Both the position numbers and the translations under genes were made by a program. 64,000 nucleotides of DNA from the human T2T-CHM13v2.0 reference genome, Homo sapiens. This document shows, one piece after another, positions 46,067 to 62,739 of the stretch. The DNA is taken from assembly GCF_009914755.1 (NCBI RefSeq), contig NC_060926.1; one strand, written 5' to 3'. The notes under the pieces are model-generated. The model was given only the letters and a program-made list of their open reading frames with translations, was not told the DNA's origin and ran no database searches. Position 1 is the stretch's first letter. The number at the start of each line of letters is the position of its first letter.

Positions 46067-46490
46067 TGTCTTCAGTTGGGTTTCCTAAATGTAGAGCTTC
46101 AGATAGGAATTTAATTGTACACAATGCATTCAGAGTGTGTTTATCAGGAAAAACCTGTAAGGAAGAGAGAAGTGTAACATAAAGAAGAGAACAGGGAGCA
46201 GTCCAGGCAAGGATGTAGTCTGTGGTGAAGTTAAGCCTTGGGCTTTTACCATAATGATAAGGTTCTCCTGATGGTTGTCCCACTTTGGGTCAAAGGGATC
46301 TCAGGTGTTTGTGGCTCATATGAGTTCCCATTGGAGCATTTGGAAAGGTCATGTAACATTCTACATACCCTCTGTGAGGTAGGTTCTCACTAAACTAGAT
46401 GAAGTCTTTTGAGAAGCTCATGAATATTAGTAGTTAGCTGCAGAAACTTATGCCTATTGGGGAAATCTGAGTAAGGTAGCAAATAGCAAT
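46067..46490 (-). mobile_element. Old ERVL/MaLR-type LTR remnant
   Basis: 'tgtcttcagttgggtttcctaaatgtagagcttcagatagg' resembles old ERVL-class LTR termini; subfamily uncertain. Confidence 0.45.
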
Positions 46491-46518
46491 AAATACACCT
46501 AGACTTTATTATTTAAAG

Positions 46519-46706
46519 CAGTGACTCTCAAAGTATAAAGTATGGAACAGCAGCATCAACAGCATATAGGAACATAGTAGGAATGCAAATGTATTGGTCC
46601 TACCCCAGACACAGTAAGTCAGGAACTCTGAGATGAGACCCACAAATCTGCGCTTTAAAAAGCATTCCAGGTGACTCTGATGCATGCTCAAGTTTGAGAA
46701 TCATTA
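46519..46706. mobile_element. MER5A hAT-Charlie MITE
   Basis: 'cagtgactctcaaagt...ccaggtgactctgatgcatgctcaagtttgagaatcat', about 190 bp with inverted termini. Confidence 0.85.
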
Positions 46707-47079
46707 TTCTAATGTAATCTTGGTAAATCTATAAAAAAAGACAATAGCTCTGAAATAATATTTGCCCAACTTATCCCTCTTCCACCTTTGGAAATGAAAG
46801 AAAGACCACTGGCTGTATGAATGAGGGATGCTGAGATAGAGAGGGGAGGAAAGAAAAAGAGTGAGTTACTGGTATTGATTCCTGAAAGAGATCCTTAGCT
46901 ATGCCTCCTTCTGAGACAAAGTGGCAAGAGGAACAGGAATGACAGAATTCCTAGGTGAGTATGGGAAATTCTAGAGCAGAGTAGAATGTTCTCTTGAGAA
47001 GGAATACTAAGTTCCTAAACCTTTATAATGTCTACAGATTTTCCTAGTATTGCTACTGCAAAAATCTTTGACACAAGTT

Positions 47080-48052
47080 TACATAAAAATAAAAACCCGA
47101 CAACCATGCAAAATTTATATGAACAAATAAAATGGAGAGCAAAACTTTATCATTTGAGACTTCTAATTTTAGGCAAAATGGAGTAACAGAAACAATACTT
47201 ATCATCCCATCTTAAGCCAATAGAAAAAATACAATTTTTTTAAAAGATTTTCTTTTCAGACATTGGACAACGTGCAACATAGGACTCTGATTCTTGAAAG
47301 AAGGAAATAAATAAGGTTAGCCCACAATTGCCCAAGTTTATTGCCTGAAGGCTCTTTCCAGGACAAGTGTACAGAGGTGGAATCTAAATGAAGCTCAGAA
47401 ATCTTTGTCATCTGAGTTGAAGAGAGAGCAATTAGTCTTTTGGGAGGCTTAGACAACTAGAAATTTTTAAAGCGGAGTAGGAGAGACGAAAGTGGTGCAT
47501 GGAGAGAGAATTCTAGAAATCTGCAAATAGGGAACTCTAACATCTTTGACTGAGTGCTGACATTCTGCATGTGTGTGAGAGAAAAAAATACTTAAGGCTG
47601 GGGATAGGAAGAGCAACAGAATAAAGGAATGACAGAAAAAATTCTGGAGCTTGTGCAGGACTAAAAAATAATCCTCAGCCTTAATAGCCAATATTTTTTA
47701 AAAACCTTGCAATACATGGGATATCAGATAAAAATTCCAAAAGGCATCCCTTTAATAGTGGGGTTAAGTTAGTCTTAATTTAAAGTTTGCTCTAGAGCAA
47801 ACCTTAAAAAGCAAGTCTTAAGTGGATCCAGCTAAATCAAAGTAATCTAACTGATCTTCAGGAATTACTGTAAAGCTACAGTTATCAAAATATCATGGCA
47901 TTAGTGAAAGGAAAGACATATAGATTAATGAAATACAGAGAGTTCACAAAGATACCCACACATTTGTGGTTAACTGACTTTCACCCAAGATGTTGAGGTA
48001 ACACAATGGTGAAAATAATAACCTTTTCAACAAATGTTCATGGTATAATTGG
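47080..48052 (+). mobile_element. Ancient L1M fragments
   Basis: 'tactgtaaagctacagttatcaaaa...aaccttttcaacaaatg' is degenerate ORF2. Confidence 0.6.
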
Positions 48053-48053
48053 C

Positions 48054-48815
48054 ATGCTAATTATTAACTGCTGCATAACAAATTACCACAAACATAATGC
48101 CTTTTAAAATAATAGTATCTCACTATTTCTGTGAATTAGGAATCATTGTTAAATTTAGGTGAGTTCCTCTGATTTGAGGTCTCTCATACACTGTGAACAA
48201 GGTGTCAGCTGTGGCTGTTGTTATTTCAAGGACCCAATGGGAAAGGATTTTTTTTCAAACTGACTTTCATGGCTTGGACAGAATTTAGTTCCTCATGGGC
48301 TGCTGCACAGTTTCATTTTATCTGGGACTTTTTCATTAAGGAAGCTCACAACATAGAGTGAGATGGAGAAAGAAAAAAGGAAGTTATGGTCCTTTATATC
48401 CTAATCATAGAAGTGACATCCTATCCCTTTTTTTATTTTTTATTCATTAGCAACAAGTTACTAGGTCCAGCCCACATAACAACCAGAAAACAGAGATTAT
48501 TGGAGACATTTTAGAAGCAGCCTACCACAGTCTACCCTCTTGTCCCAATGTTTCATGTCCCTTTATGCACACCATACATTCACCCTTTCCCCAAATTTGT
48601 AAGTCTTATCCCCTTACAGTAGTAGCTTAAAGTATGGAATCCCATTATTTCTCTCAGGTCCAGGTCCAGAATCTGTCCAGGTACAGATTCTTAAGTGGAG
48701 CTCCTAGACTCTAGTTCCACTCAAACACTATATCTGTAAAATTAATGATAAAAGTTATCTGCCCTCAAATACTTCATATATAATGGTGGGACAGGAACAG
48801 GATAACTGCTAAAAA
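48054..48815 (-). mobile_element. MLT1-type MaLR LTR (to about 48529) plus adjoining internal sequence
   Basis: 'ctgctgcataacaaattaccacaaac...gcagcctaccaca' LTR followed by MLT1-int-like sequence. Confidence 0.75.
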
Positions 48816-48829
48816 TGGCCATCAATATA

Positions 48830-50190
48830 TTAATAGAAAAAAAATGCCTACTCTTGTCTTTGTCTTGTACCATATATAACAATTAGCTCGAGGTAGATCA
48901 TCAACATAAATGCAATCAATAAAATTGTAGCAATTTCAGAAGAAAACATAGTAGAAAATCTTAATGTCCCTTTGGGAGGCAAAAATAGCTTAGTTACATA
49001 TATTTGCATTTATGTTTCTATATCTATATGTTAGTGTGTATATATATAAATATTATATATAATAATATGTACATATATATTATATATAGTAATATGTACA
49101 TATATATTACACACACTCACACACACACATATATGTTGAACTTTATCATAGTTACAAGCTTTAATACTTAAAGGACATTCTTAAGAAAAGGCAAAGACAA
49201 GTTATAGTAGAGAGAAGATCTTTACAATGTATATATCTGATAAAGGGCATATATTCAGAACTTCAGAACATAGAAAGTATTTCCACAATGAAAAAAAAAA
49301 GAAACCCAGTGAAAAATAGAGGGGCAAAAGTTGAATAGCCACTTCACTGAAAAAGACATGGATGGCAAATGAGCACATGAAATTATTCTCAACATTGTTA
49401 GACATTAGGGAATGATAATTAAAAGCACTATATGACAACTAGAATGGTTAAAATTAAAGACTGAAAATATTAAGTGTTAGTGAAGATGTGGAACAAGTGG
49501 AACTCGCATACGTTGCTAGTATGGGAAACAATGTAACACCGTCCTACTGGAAAATAGTTCATCAGTTTCTTATGGAGTAAAATATACAACTCACTATTTC
49601 TATTCCTAGTTATTTATTCCTGGGAACTAAAACAGACCCATCCAAATACCTGTATGCAAATATTTATAGCAGCTTTTTTATAATAGCTAACAGCTGGAAA
49701 TAACCCCAATGTCCTTTAACCCAATCCTAAAGGTATAAAAATGTATGCTTCATATATGAACTTTATTCATAATACCAAACCTAGAATCACAAATATCCAA
49801 CAACTCGTGGCCAATAAAATAATATTCAGCAATATTAATGAATAAACTACTGATATATGCAATAATAAGGATGAAGCTACAAGTCTTATGCTAAGTGAAA
49901 AAAGACACAACAGATTACATACTATATGAACCCATTTATATTGTATTTTGATTTTGGATTAGTCAAAACTATAGGAAGAAAAATCAATCACTTCCCTGGG
50001 CTAGCAGTGGAAAGAAGTCATTGATGGAAAGGTACACAGAGAAAGTTTGAAGATAATGAAAATACACTATGTTATGAATGTGGTGGTGATTATATGGATG
50101 TATACATTTGTCTAAGTTCATTGAATGATATACTTAAATTAAGAGTAAATTTTACTGCATTTAATTTGTACATCCAGTATACCTGACTTA
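48830..50190 (+). mobile_element. Ancient L1M ORF2 end and 3' UTR, with a TA-rich repeat at about 49030-49135
   Basis: 'gatggcaaatgagcacatgaaa', 'gaagatgtggaacaagtggaactc' and 'atgctaagtgaaaaaagac'. Confidence 0.8.
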
Positions 50191-50268
50191 AACAAACAAA
50201 ACTACACTGAGAACTCCCACTATGAGAAGGCTGCAATAGGTGTCACTGCAACAATTAGAAAAAGCTGA

Positions 50269-53390
<3,122 letters not shown>

Positions 53391-53424
53391 TTGGGAATAA
53401 AACAAAGTAATAAAGAATCTAATC

Positions 53425-53825
53425 TCCATTTTTGATATGTGATGTTTGACTGCTGAGAGATTTCTAGCTCCACTGCTTGCTCCTCCTTCACCTTCTGCAT
53501 CATATTTGGTCAAGCTGATAAGAAATCCTGTTTCTCTCTTTCTCTCTCTTTCTGATGGGGTGTTCAAATGACCCCATAATCAGCCTCCATGAGCGGAGGC
53601 TCACCCTAGTACCACCCCCAAACCAATATAAAATCTTAAACTAGTCACCTCTCCCAGCTTTCTCTCAAGCCATGTTCAGCCCTGCTTTGAAGCCTGCCCT
53701 TCTTTCTCTAGAAAGCCAATAATAAACCTTTTCATACCTACTGGGTGTGCATGTGGTGCCATTAGTCTCAACATCCAAACCAAATATTGGATAAAGTGTC
53801 CATCTACTTCCATGGGGTGACTACA
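53425..53825 (+). mobile_element. ERVL-class LTR (MER54/MER74-like)
   Basis: AATAAA followed by 'gggtgtgcatgtggtgccattagtctcaacatccaaaccaaa...ggggtgactaca'. Confidence 0.6.
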
Positions 53826-54224
53826 AAAAGCGTATCTGTTAGCACCCCTTCTAATAAATATTTTACTGCATGTCTTAGCTAGTGAAAAATGGCACACACA
53901 CACACAGAGACAGAGAGAGAGAGAAAGAAAGAAAAAGAAGAAAAGAGAACATAATAATTGGAAAGGAAGAAATAAAACTCATAACAGGGATAAAATGGTT
54001 TTATACCTCAGAATTTAAAAGAATTTACAGAAAACTCTTTAGAATAAATGTGTGAATTTCATAAGGTTTCTGGACACAAGACCAATAAATAAAATAAACT
54101 GCACTTTCATGTACCAAGAAGCAAATGGAAAATGAAATTCTGTGAAAAGATAGCAATTACATTAGCATCATAACCTTTCCAGGGAGCATGCACTTTAAGA
54201 AAGAAAGAACAACATCTGTTATTT

Positions 54225-54870
54225 TTTTTTTCTTATAAGGACACTAATTCTAGCAGATCAGGGTCCTACTTTTATGACCTCATTTAACCTTAACTACATC
54301 TTTAGAAGTCTTAGAAGTCCCAACTCCAAATAGCCAACCATAGCCACCTGGAGTTTAGAGCTTCAGCATATGAATTTGGGGGTGACACCAATATTCGGTT
54401 CATAATATTCCACTTGTGGCCTTCTAAAATACATGTCCTTCTCACATGAAAAATACATGTATTCCATTCCAACAGGCCCGAAAATTCTAATTCCAGCATA
54501 AACTCTAATGTACGAAGTTGAAAGTCTTATCTAAATATGACCTAAATCAGATATGAATGAGACTTCAGTTATCACTTATCGTGAGACAAAATTTCTCTTC
54601 AGCTATGAACCTCTGAAACCAGACAAGTTATATGTTGCAAAATACAGTGGTGGAACAAGCATAGGATAGACATTCCCATTTCAACCAGGAGAAATAAGAA
54701 AGAAAGAAGTAACAGGTTGCAAGCAAGTGCAAAACCCAGTAAGACAAATTTCATTAGATCTTAAGGCTTGAGAATAATCCTCCATGGTTAGGTTCTCCAC
54801 CTTCCAGACTCACTGGGGTGGCAGCTTGGCCCCCAGAGCCCTAAACAGGGGCCCTCTGTGGTTTTGTGAC
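54225..54870 (-). mobile_element. MLT1A-like LTR end plus MaLR internal sequence
   Basis: 'cttataaggacactaat...atgacctcatttaacctt...catatgaatttggggg' followed by internal-like sequence. Confidence 0.75.
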
Positions 54871-55036
54871 TCTAATGGGATATCATTTCTGTGGTTAGAT
54901 TAGATTATATTGTGTGTCAAAACTGAGGGAACTTTTTAGACATAATTAAGATCTCCAGTTTAAGTTCATAAAAAGTGAGATCATGATGTCTGGGCCTGAT
55001 CTAATCAGAACAGCCCTTTAAAATAAGGTGTAGTGG

Positions 55037-55404
55037 TGCTATGGTCTGACTATGTGTGCTTGCCTTAAATTCACATGTTGAAATTCTAACCCCCAAGGTG
55101 ATGGTATTAGGAGGCGGGGCTTTTGGGAAGTGATTAGGTCATGAGGGTGGAGCCCTTATAATTGGGATTAGTGCTCTTCTGAAAGAGACTCTGGAGAGCC
55201 CACTGGCTCCTTCTGCCATGTGAAGTTAGAGTGAGAAGACAGTCATCTATAGATCAAGAAGTGTGCCCTCACCAGGCACCAAATCTGCTTGGACCTTGAT
55301 CTTGGACTTCCCAGCCCTCAGAACTATGAGAAATACATTTCCATTGTTTATAAAAATCACTCATCTTAGGGTCTTTTGATACAGCGCCCAATTGGACTAA
55401 GACA
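55037..55404 (+). mobile_element. MLT1A0-like solo LTR inserted in an older MLT1-type LTR (about 54890-55590)
   Basis: TG...CA termini (tgctatggtctga...ggactaagaca); 5-bp TSD agtgg/aatgg. Confidence 0.85.
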
Positions 55405-56730
55405 AATGGTCACACTCAAAAGAAGTCAGAGAGATTCCAAGCAGCAGAGATGCTCTCTTCTTGGCCTTGAAGAAGCAAATAGCCATATTTCAGAGACAGT
55501 CACAAAACAGAGAATAGTGTGCAGCTCCTTGGAGCTGACAGCTTCCATCCTACAACTTCAAGCAAAGGAACCCTGGCAACCACCTTGGATGAGCTCAAAT
55601 CTATTTTAAAATACATTCATATATCCTCAAATCCCAATAGTGTATATATAAAATACATGATAGAAATTCACGAAAATAGATTTGACACACATAGAACATT
55701 TAATAAAGAATTATTTTGCTCAATTAGCCTTAACAGGTAACTAGGTGGACTGAGATTATTGATATAGCTTTCCAGCATGCTTATGAGCACTTAATTTACA
55801 TATTAAAATGAATGTTCATTAAAATATCATAAGTTAGAAGAAGGTCATTGCTTACTGTAGTATATTTTTAAAACTGTCTGTGAAAATAGTGGTTGTATTA
55901 CACATTTAATTGACATCTTATGCCCCTAAAGGATTCCCTGGAACCATTGCAGCAATGTGCAAAAAGCAAACTACTTTTTTGACATCTCGCTCTCTAATTT
56001 TTATTATGAAGTTTCTCTAGAAGTCATCAACTGTATTATATTTTTGTGATGATTAATTCTTACTTAATGTGATTTCTAAAAATAAGAAAGTTAGATGGAT
56101 AGTGTGATTCTTTCAAAATACATCTAGTAGCTGTCAATGATAAAATCACTTAATTCACAATTCCAACATGAAGTGTAGTAAAATATAGTCAGAAAATCTT
56201 CAAGTATTTTTTAAAAAGATGGGAAACAAATTATATTCTAATAGTACAAAGCATAAGGGGCAGGATATGAGGCAAGAGGTAGAATATTAGCATTTCCAAG
56301 AAAATATGTATAGCTTTTAAGAAATTATAAATTCATAATACACACTTCAGAGAATAAAGCTTGACAAAATACTCCTGTTTGTTGAGACTGCAGGAGTGAG
56401 CAAATGACATACTGCATGAGGATCAGAATTTTTTAAAAGAATGACAAACACTAATTTGAAGCTGGACATTACAACTTTCTCTAGGACAGAGCAGACTGAT
56501 AATCTAAGAGGAAGCCATATAACCTTCCTCTTTGTTATCTTAATTCTGAAAAGTGAGCTTATCAAAATGACTTATCTGGTTCTGATAAGGGGGTCTTTCT
56601 TCCCCTGTGCCTAAATAAGTAAGGTAGAACTTTATGACCCACAGTATGGTATGTGAACCTACAGTACTTGGAAGCTTGGTAGAAATAAAGAATCTTGTGC
56701 CTTGCCTTCACCCTACTGAATCAAAATATA

Positions 56731-57498
56731 GCAGTTCCTAGGTATCCACTGGGCATTGTTTCCAGGATCTCTCATGAATACTGAAATCCACAGGTGTTTA
56801 CGTCCTTTATATGAAATGGTAAAATAGAGTTGATTTTCTAACAAGAGGTTAGGGAAACCAACCTCCTATATAGTCAAAAATTTACCTATAACTTTTGACT
56901 CCCTCAAAACTTAACTACTAATAGCCTACCATTGACCAAAAGCCTTACTGATAACACAAACAGTCCATTCAAATATATTTTGTATGTTTTATGTATTATC
57001 TCCTGTATTCTTTTAATAAAGTAAGCTAGAGAAAGGAAAATGTTATTTAAAAAATCATAAAAAAGAGAAAATATATTTAATATTAGTTAAGCGAAAATGG
57101 ATAATCATGAAGGTATTCATCTTCAACTTAAGTAGGCTGAGGAGAAGAGGAAAAAGGAGGGGTTGGTCTTGCTGTCTCAATGGTGGCAGAGGCAGAAGAA
57201 AATCCACGTATAAGTGGACCTGCAGAGTTCAAACTCATGTAGTTTAAGGATCACTGTATTTGTATGTAACCTACACACATCCTCCTGAATACTTTATATC
57301 ATCTCCAGATTACTTATAATATCTAATATAATGTGAATGCTATGTAAATAGTTGTTATACTGTCTTGTTTAGGGAATTACAAAAAAGAAAAAAGCTTGAA
57401 CATCATCAGTATAGATGCAATTTTTTTCCAAGTATTTTTGATCATGAATTGGTTGAATCCATAGATGTAGAACCCACAGAAGCACAGGGGGCCTACTG
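56731..57498. mobile_element. MER2 (TcMar-Tigger) split by Tigger2a, itself inside a MER5A1-like element (about 56630-57545)
   Basis: MER2 halves at 56731-56824 and 57259-57498; flanking TA dinucleotides; the outer 'cctactgaatcaaaa|tgcattt' rejoins MER5A1. Confidence 0.8.
56827..57256. mobile_element. Tigger2a/MER28-like element
   Basis: 'ataacttttgactccctcaaaacttaactactaatagcc...aaaatccacgtataagtggacctgcagagttcaaac'; TA on both sides. Confidence 0.8.
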
Positions 57499-57544
57499 TA
57501 TGCATTTCCATAAAATTCCTGGGTGCCCTGCAACTGCTGTAGAA

Positions 57545-57735
57545 TAGGGGCTGTAAATCCTGATTGTCCACTAGAATTACTAGAAACTTAAACCATAAAA
57601 CAAACAACAAAAAACAGCAAAAATATTTATAATGTTCCAGCACCATATAATTGGTCTGGGGGTAGGTAGTGACATCTAGATATTTTTAAGTCCTGCCAGG
57701 TGATTCTAATAGGCAGCAATATTAAGAATAATTGT
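57545..57735. mobile_element. MER5B-like element
   Basis: 'taattggtctggggg...ccaggtgattctaataggcagc'. Confidence 0.6.
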
Positions 57736-58341
57736 TCATGACCTGCTAGGTACATACCTCAGTTACTTCCATGTATGTTTCCCTTTTAGAGACTGAATTC
57801 CTGCACTTGAATCATAATGCTAAATTAGAGCCTCATTACTTTGCAGAGAGCCCAGAAAACAAGCCTGAACTTCAAGTACTACCTTTCTTACGATTTCCCT
57901 TTGCCTTACTTTTCTTGTCTATCAGGAACTAAAGTTATCATTATTCCTGAAATTAACAGCAATCCTAGAATATAGTCATATATTTCCAAACATTACCTAC
58001 ACCATAGACTTTCCCACACTATCTGTATATAAAACCTGGAAAAGAAGAACTCCAGGCTCTGGCCCTATGAGATCCTTCTCATGCCCATCCTTCTGTAACT
58101 AGCTTAGACATCTATTCCATGGGCTAGACAATGACAATCTACTTTGTACCTCTCTTCTGTGTTTTTGTGTTTTTTTAATTCTATTTTCTTAAATTGCCGA
58201 TAATTGGTTGTAAATCACATCCTTGCTAATTATTTTACATGCACTAATCACTTTATTAATCACTGCAACAAAAGTCTATTTATTGTTGGCACTGGTTTGG
58301 AATTCAATAACTTACATGAAAATTGATACTTCTTTGATCAC

Positions 58342-58889
58342 TGTGATGGTTACTATTGAGTGTCAACTTGATTGGATTGAAAGATACAAAGTATTGTTCC
58401 TAGGTGTGTCTGGAAGGGTGTTGCCAAAGGAGATTAACATTTGAGTCAGTGGACTGGGAAAGGTAGACCCACTGGCAGTCTGGGTGGGCACAATCTAATC
58501 AGCTGCCAACGTGGCTAGAATAAAGGCAGGCAGAAGAACATGATAGTACTAGACTGCCTAAGTCTTCTGGCCTCCATCATTCTCCCCTGTTGGATATTTC
58601 TTACTCCCAAACACTGGACTCTAAGTTTTCAGCTTTTGGACTCTTGGACCTACACCAATGGTTTGCCAGGGGCTTTCAGGTCTTCAGCCACAGACTGAAG
58701 TCTGAACTGTCAGCTTCCCTACTTTTGAGTTTTTAAGACTGGGACCGCTTCCTTGCTCCTCATTTTGCAGATGGCCTATTGTGGACCTTCACCTAGTTAC
58801 AGTGTGAGTCAATATTCCTCAATAAACTCCCTTTCATATATACATCTATCCTATTAGTCCTTTCTCTCTAGAGAACCCCGACTAGTACA
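58342..58889 (+). mobile_element. MLT2A-type (HERV-L) solo LTR
   Basis: 'tgtgatggttactattgagtgtcaacttgattggattgaa...ctagagaaccccgactagtaca'; TSD atcac/atcat. Confidence 0.9.
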
Positions 58890-59131
58890 ATCATCAATAA
58901 AATTAACCACATGATGCTGTACTTTAAAATAATTTATTTACATGAATCTCATCCTTTCAGTCTACTACAAATGTTCACTTCTTGCAGGCAAAGAAAATAT
59001 ATACACCCTATTTTAAAATGTTTGTTTCTATTTCAAGATAATTTGGTCAAATTATTTTGTAATGAAATATATTTTTACACCCATGAATATTTAAAACATA
59101 TCACTCAAATTCTTTAACCCATTGATAATAA

Positions 59132-59506
<375 letters not shown>

Positions 59507-60494
59507 AATTCTACAATTAATCTAACCCTACCCCTTTCAGATGAGTTTAGATAAGTGCATTTCTTCATAGGATAATCTTGGTTGAACATCTCAACTCAAT
59601 TCTACAAACATGTTTTGAATGCTTTTTGCATGCCTGCATTAATACTTGTATACAGCATTCAGTGTGTGAAGCATTCTGAGACCTCTGCAGATTCCATCAG
59701 TACTTAGGCAAAAGAAATCTGAAATGTAGGGCATGGGTAAGGAAGACATTGAGTGGACAATAAACAAAATAGTTGTAGGGTTGATGCAGGAAAATAGAAT
59801 ACATAGTGCTTTGTGTTTTTCACAAGTCTAAGGAGAAGTTTTTTTTCCAGAATAAAAGAGAGGAACTGGATAAGTGAGACTGGGTCTGAGGAAGTAGTAA
59901 TTCCTGCATATATTTTGTTTGAATGGTAAGACAGTTTGAATGTTTCAGAAGGGATTCCCCTGAGATACTCGATTATTGCATTGTGATTCTGTATGATTGG
60001 CCCATTTATGGAAACACACACAGATACACACACAAAAACCCATCCCATTATGCCAGATGCTAAGGCTGACTCAGAAATTAGAGAAAAATGAGCCTACATA
60101 AGTAATGTGTCAGTGTCTTTTACTTACAAGAGGCTGCAAAGAAGGCACTGATGATATAGAGTCAGCAAGATAAATGAATCACCCTCCCTGCCTTTTAGAG
60201 TTTCCTCACTTAGGGAGTAAGATCCATAAAAAAAGATACCCTAGTAACTTAAAATAACTTATGATAGCAAATACAACTGTATTATATGGAAAGTAAACAT
60301 GAATTTTTGTGGACATCTCTATCAAAAGTGATAGAGTTTAGATTAGATACTAAATCCAAATATCAATCTTTTCCCTATAAAAACTCTAAAGCTTTGTGGT
60401 TGCCCATGCATTAGTATAAGGCTGAGAATATCTGCATAGTAAGTAATCAAAATTCTAACACTGATATTTTCAAATCTTCTATTTTAAAAGGGAC

Positions 60495-60730
60495 TTTGGA
60501 TCAGATTATCTGGGTTTGACAAATGCACCACTTATTAGCTGTATGTGCATGGGCAAGTTTCTTAATATATCTGGGCCTAAGTTTGCTCATTTTTAAATTA
60601 GACATATTAATAGTATATTAATAGTAGCAACTTCTTGGGATCTTTCTAAAATTAAATGATTATCATATATAAAAAGCTTAGAATTATACCTGGCATATAG
60701 TACAGGTTACAAAAAATACTTGATATTACT
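60495..60730 (+). mobile_element. MIR
   Basis: 'accacttattagctgtatgtgcatgggcaagtttcttaa...gcttagaattatacctggcatatagta'. Confidence 0.75.
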
Positions 60731-62193
60731 ATTTCAGGTAGAAATAATAAATAATGTATTAACACTGACATCTTAATGATTACTCCTTCATACAACCCCT
60801 GTCCCCAAATTTTGGTAATATATTTTGAAAATTATTTTCCTATAAACACTAAAACTACTAAATACTGATAACTAATGCTTCTGAATAATGTTATCATAAT
60901 TTTCAGTATTTCTCTTAACAAATCTCATTGCAAAGACATAATACTATTTATATTGAAATTAAATTTCAATTAAAATGTTATACATGTACATGAAGAATAA
61001 TTAGTCAAGCACACATCTGGCATGATAACACATTGATACCTGAGATGGAAACTTGAATAAATTAAGACAAACTGAGAAACAAAAATGAAGGAAGTATAAA
61101 AGTAAAACCAATACAAATAGATAAATATTCAGAAAGTTTTAGGATTTCTTATTTCAAAGCCTCAGGCTCAACAATACAGAATGCAGACTAGTGGTTATGC
61201 TTTGAGGCATAACAGAAGAAAAAGAAAAAGGAAATTCTCATGATTTATCCATGCAGATCCTGCCCTTTCTGACACCTTAAAAGCCTCTGACAGTTTTTCC
61301 TAATGTACATTCTTGGGTAATGTTGCAATAGCACAACTTGGATCTTTAGTTTTGAAGACCCATATTTTATCCCAGTCTTCTTTGGGTCAAGAGTGGTATG
61401 GAGGATGAACTAACCTCATTACAAACCACACTATCAAAAGGTGGGAATAGTTAGAAGGCCGCCTTGCAAAATGCATGAGCTATTGAAATGCCACAGATAA
61501 ACTTGATGGACAACTCATAAAACAAGGGAATTTTAACATGAGCTAAGGCTGTTTTGAAGAAAGCAGATGAAAAGTGAAGTAATATCTCACATTATTTAGA
61601 AAAGTGGTTGCAATCCAATATACTAATAGGTATTTTCATCAATGCTGATGGCAGTGAGTGATGTAGCAGTGGAAAGAATGAAACCTTCATTTTAGGGCTT
61701 CACATACACAACCTCCCATTTGTCTAACACTTGAAATTAAGAAACCATAGGCCAAATCTTTATTTTGACTTCTCTTTTTTTCATTAGTTGGTCTGTTGCG
61801 CATCTAAACCACCATAGGTAATGCCTGTTTGGCCTCACATTTCACTGGGAAATGTATTTGCTATCCTTTTATATCCTTACTAAAGAAAGGTAAAAAAAAA
61901 AAAAAAAAAAAAAGGAAAAAAGAGTTTAGATTAAATATTCCTGTAATAGTTTTTTCCTAGATGGTCCTCTCAAAGCTCAGTATCTTTTAGTAACCAAGGT
62001 TTACTCCTTACCTCTGGTGTGTCAGGTGTTGTTCTTCTTTGTTTCTCACGTCTTCTTCATTACAGGATCCAGGCTGAAGGAGCAGCTCCTTTTTAGGACA
62101 TATTAGATTTCATGGGTATGCCTCATAGAAATGGGCTGCATAAGTTAATGCCACCCACAGGGAGTCACCTTCACTCACCCAGCAATAGGAAGA

Positions 62194-62739
62194 TGTGATG
62201 ATTAACTTAATGCATCAACTTGACTGGGCTAAGGGATGCCCAGATAGCTGGTAAAACATTATTTCCGGGTGTGCCTGTAAGGGTGTTTTAGAAGAAATTA
62301 GCCTTTGAGTTGGTAGATTGAGTAGGGAAGGTCACCTTCATCAAGGTGGGCAGGCATGATACAATCCACTGAGGGCCTGAATGGAACAAAAAGTGAAGGA
62401 AGGGCATATTATCTCTCTTTCTTCTTGAGCTGGGTTACCCATCTTCTCCTGGTTTGGGACATCACAGCTCCTGGATCTGGGGACTTTGAACTCTGGGATT
62501 TATACCAGTGGCTTCCCAGTTCTTAGGCCTTCAGACTCTGACTGAATTTCTATGGTTCTGCCCCTTCCTACACTTTAGTTACATTACAGTTGAATTATTC
62601 AGCTTTCCTCATTTTCTGCTTGCCAGCAGCAGAGAGGGGAATTTCTCTGGCCTCTGTAATCATGCAAGACAATTCTCATAATAAATCTATTTTTAAATAT
62701 ATATATATTATGTTTCCATGGTGAACTCTGACTAATACA
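62194..62739 (+). mobile_element. MLT2D-like (ERVL) solo LTR
   Basis: 'tgtgatgattaacttaatgcatcaacttgactgggctaagggatgcccagatagctgg...ctgactaataca'; perfect TSD gaaga at 62189-62193 and 62740-62744. Confidence 0.9.
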
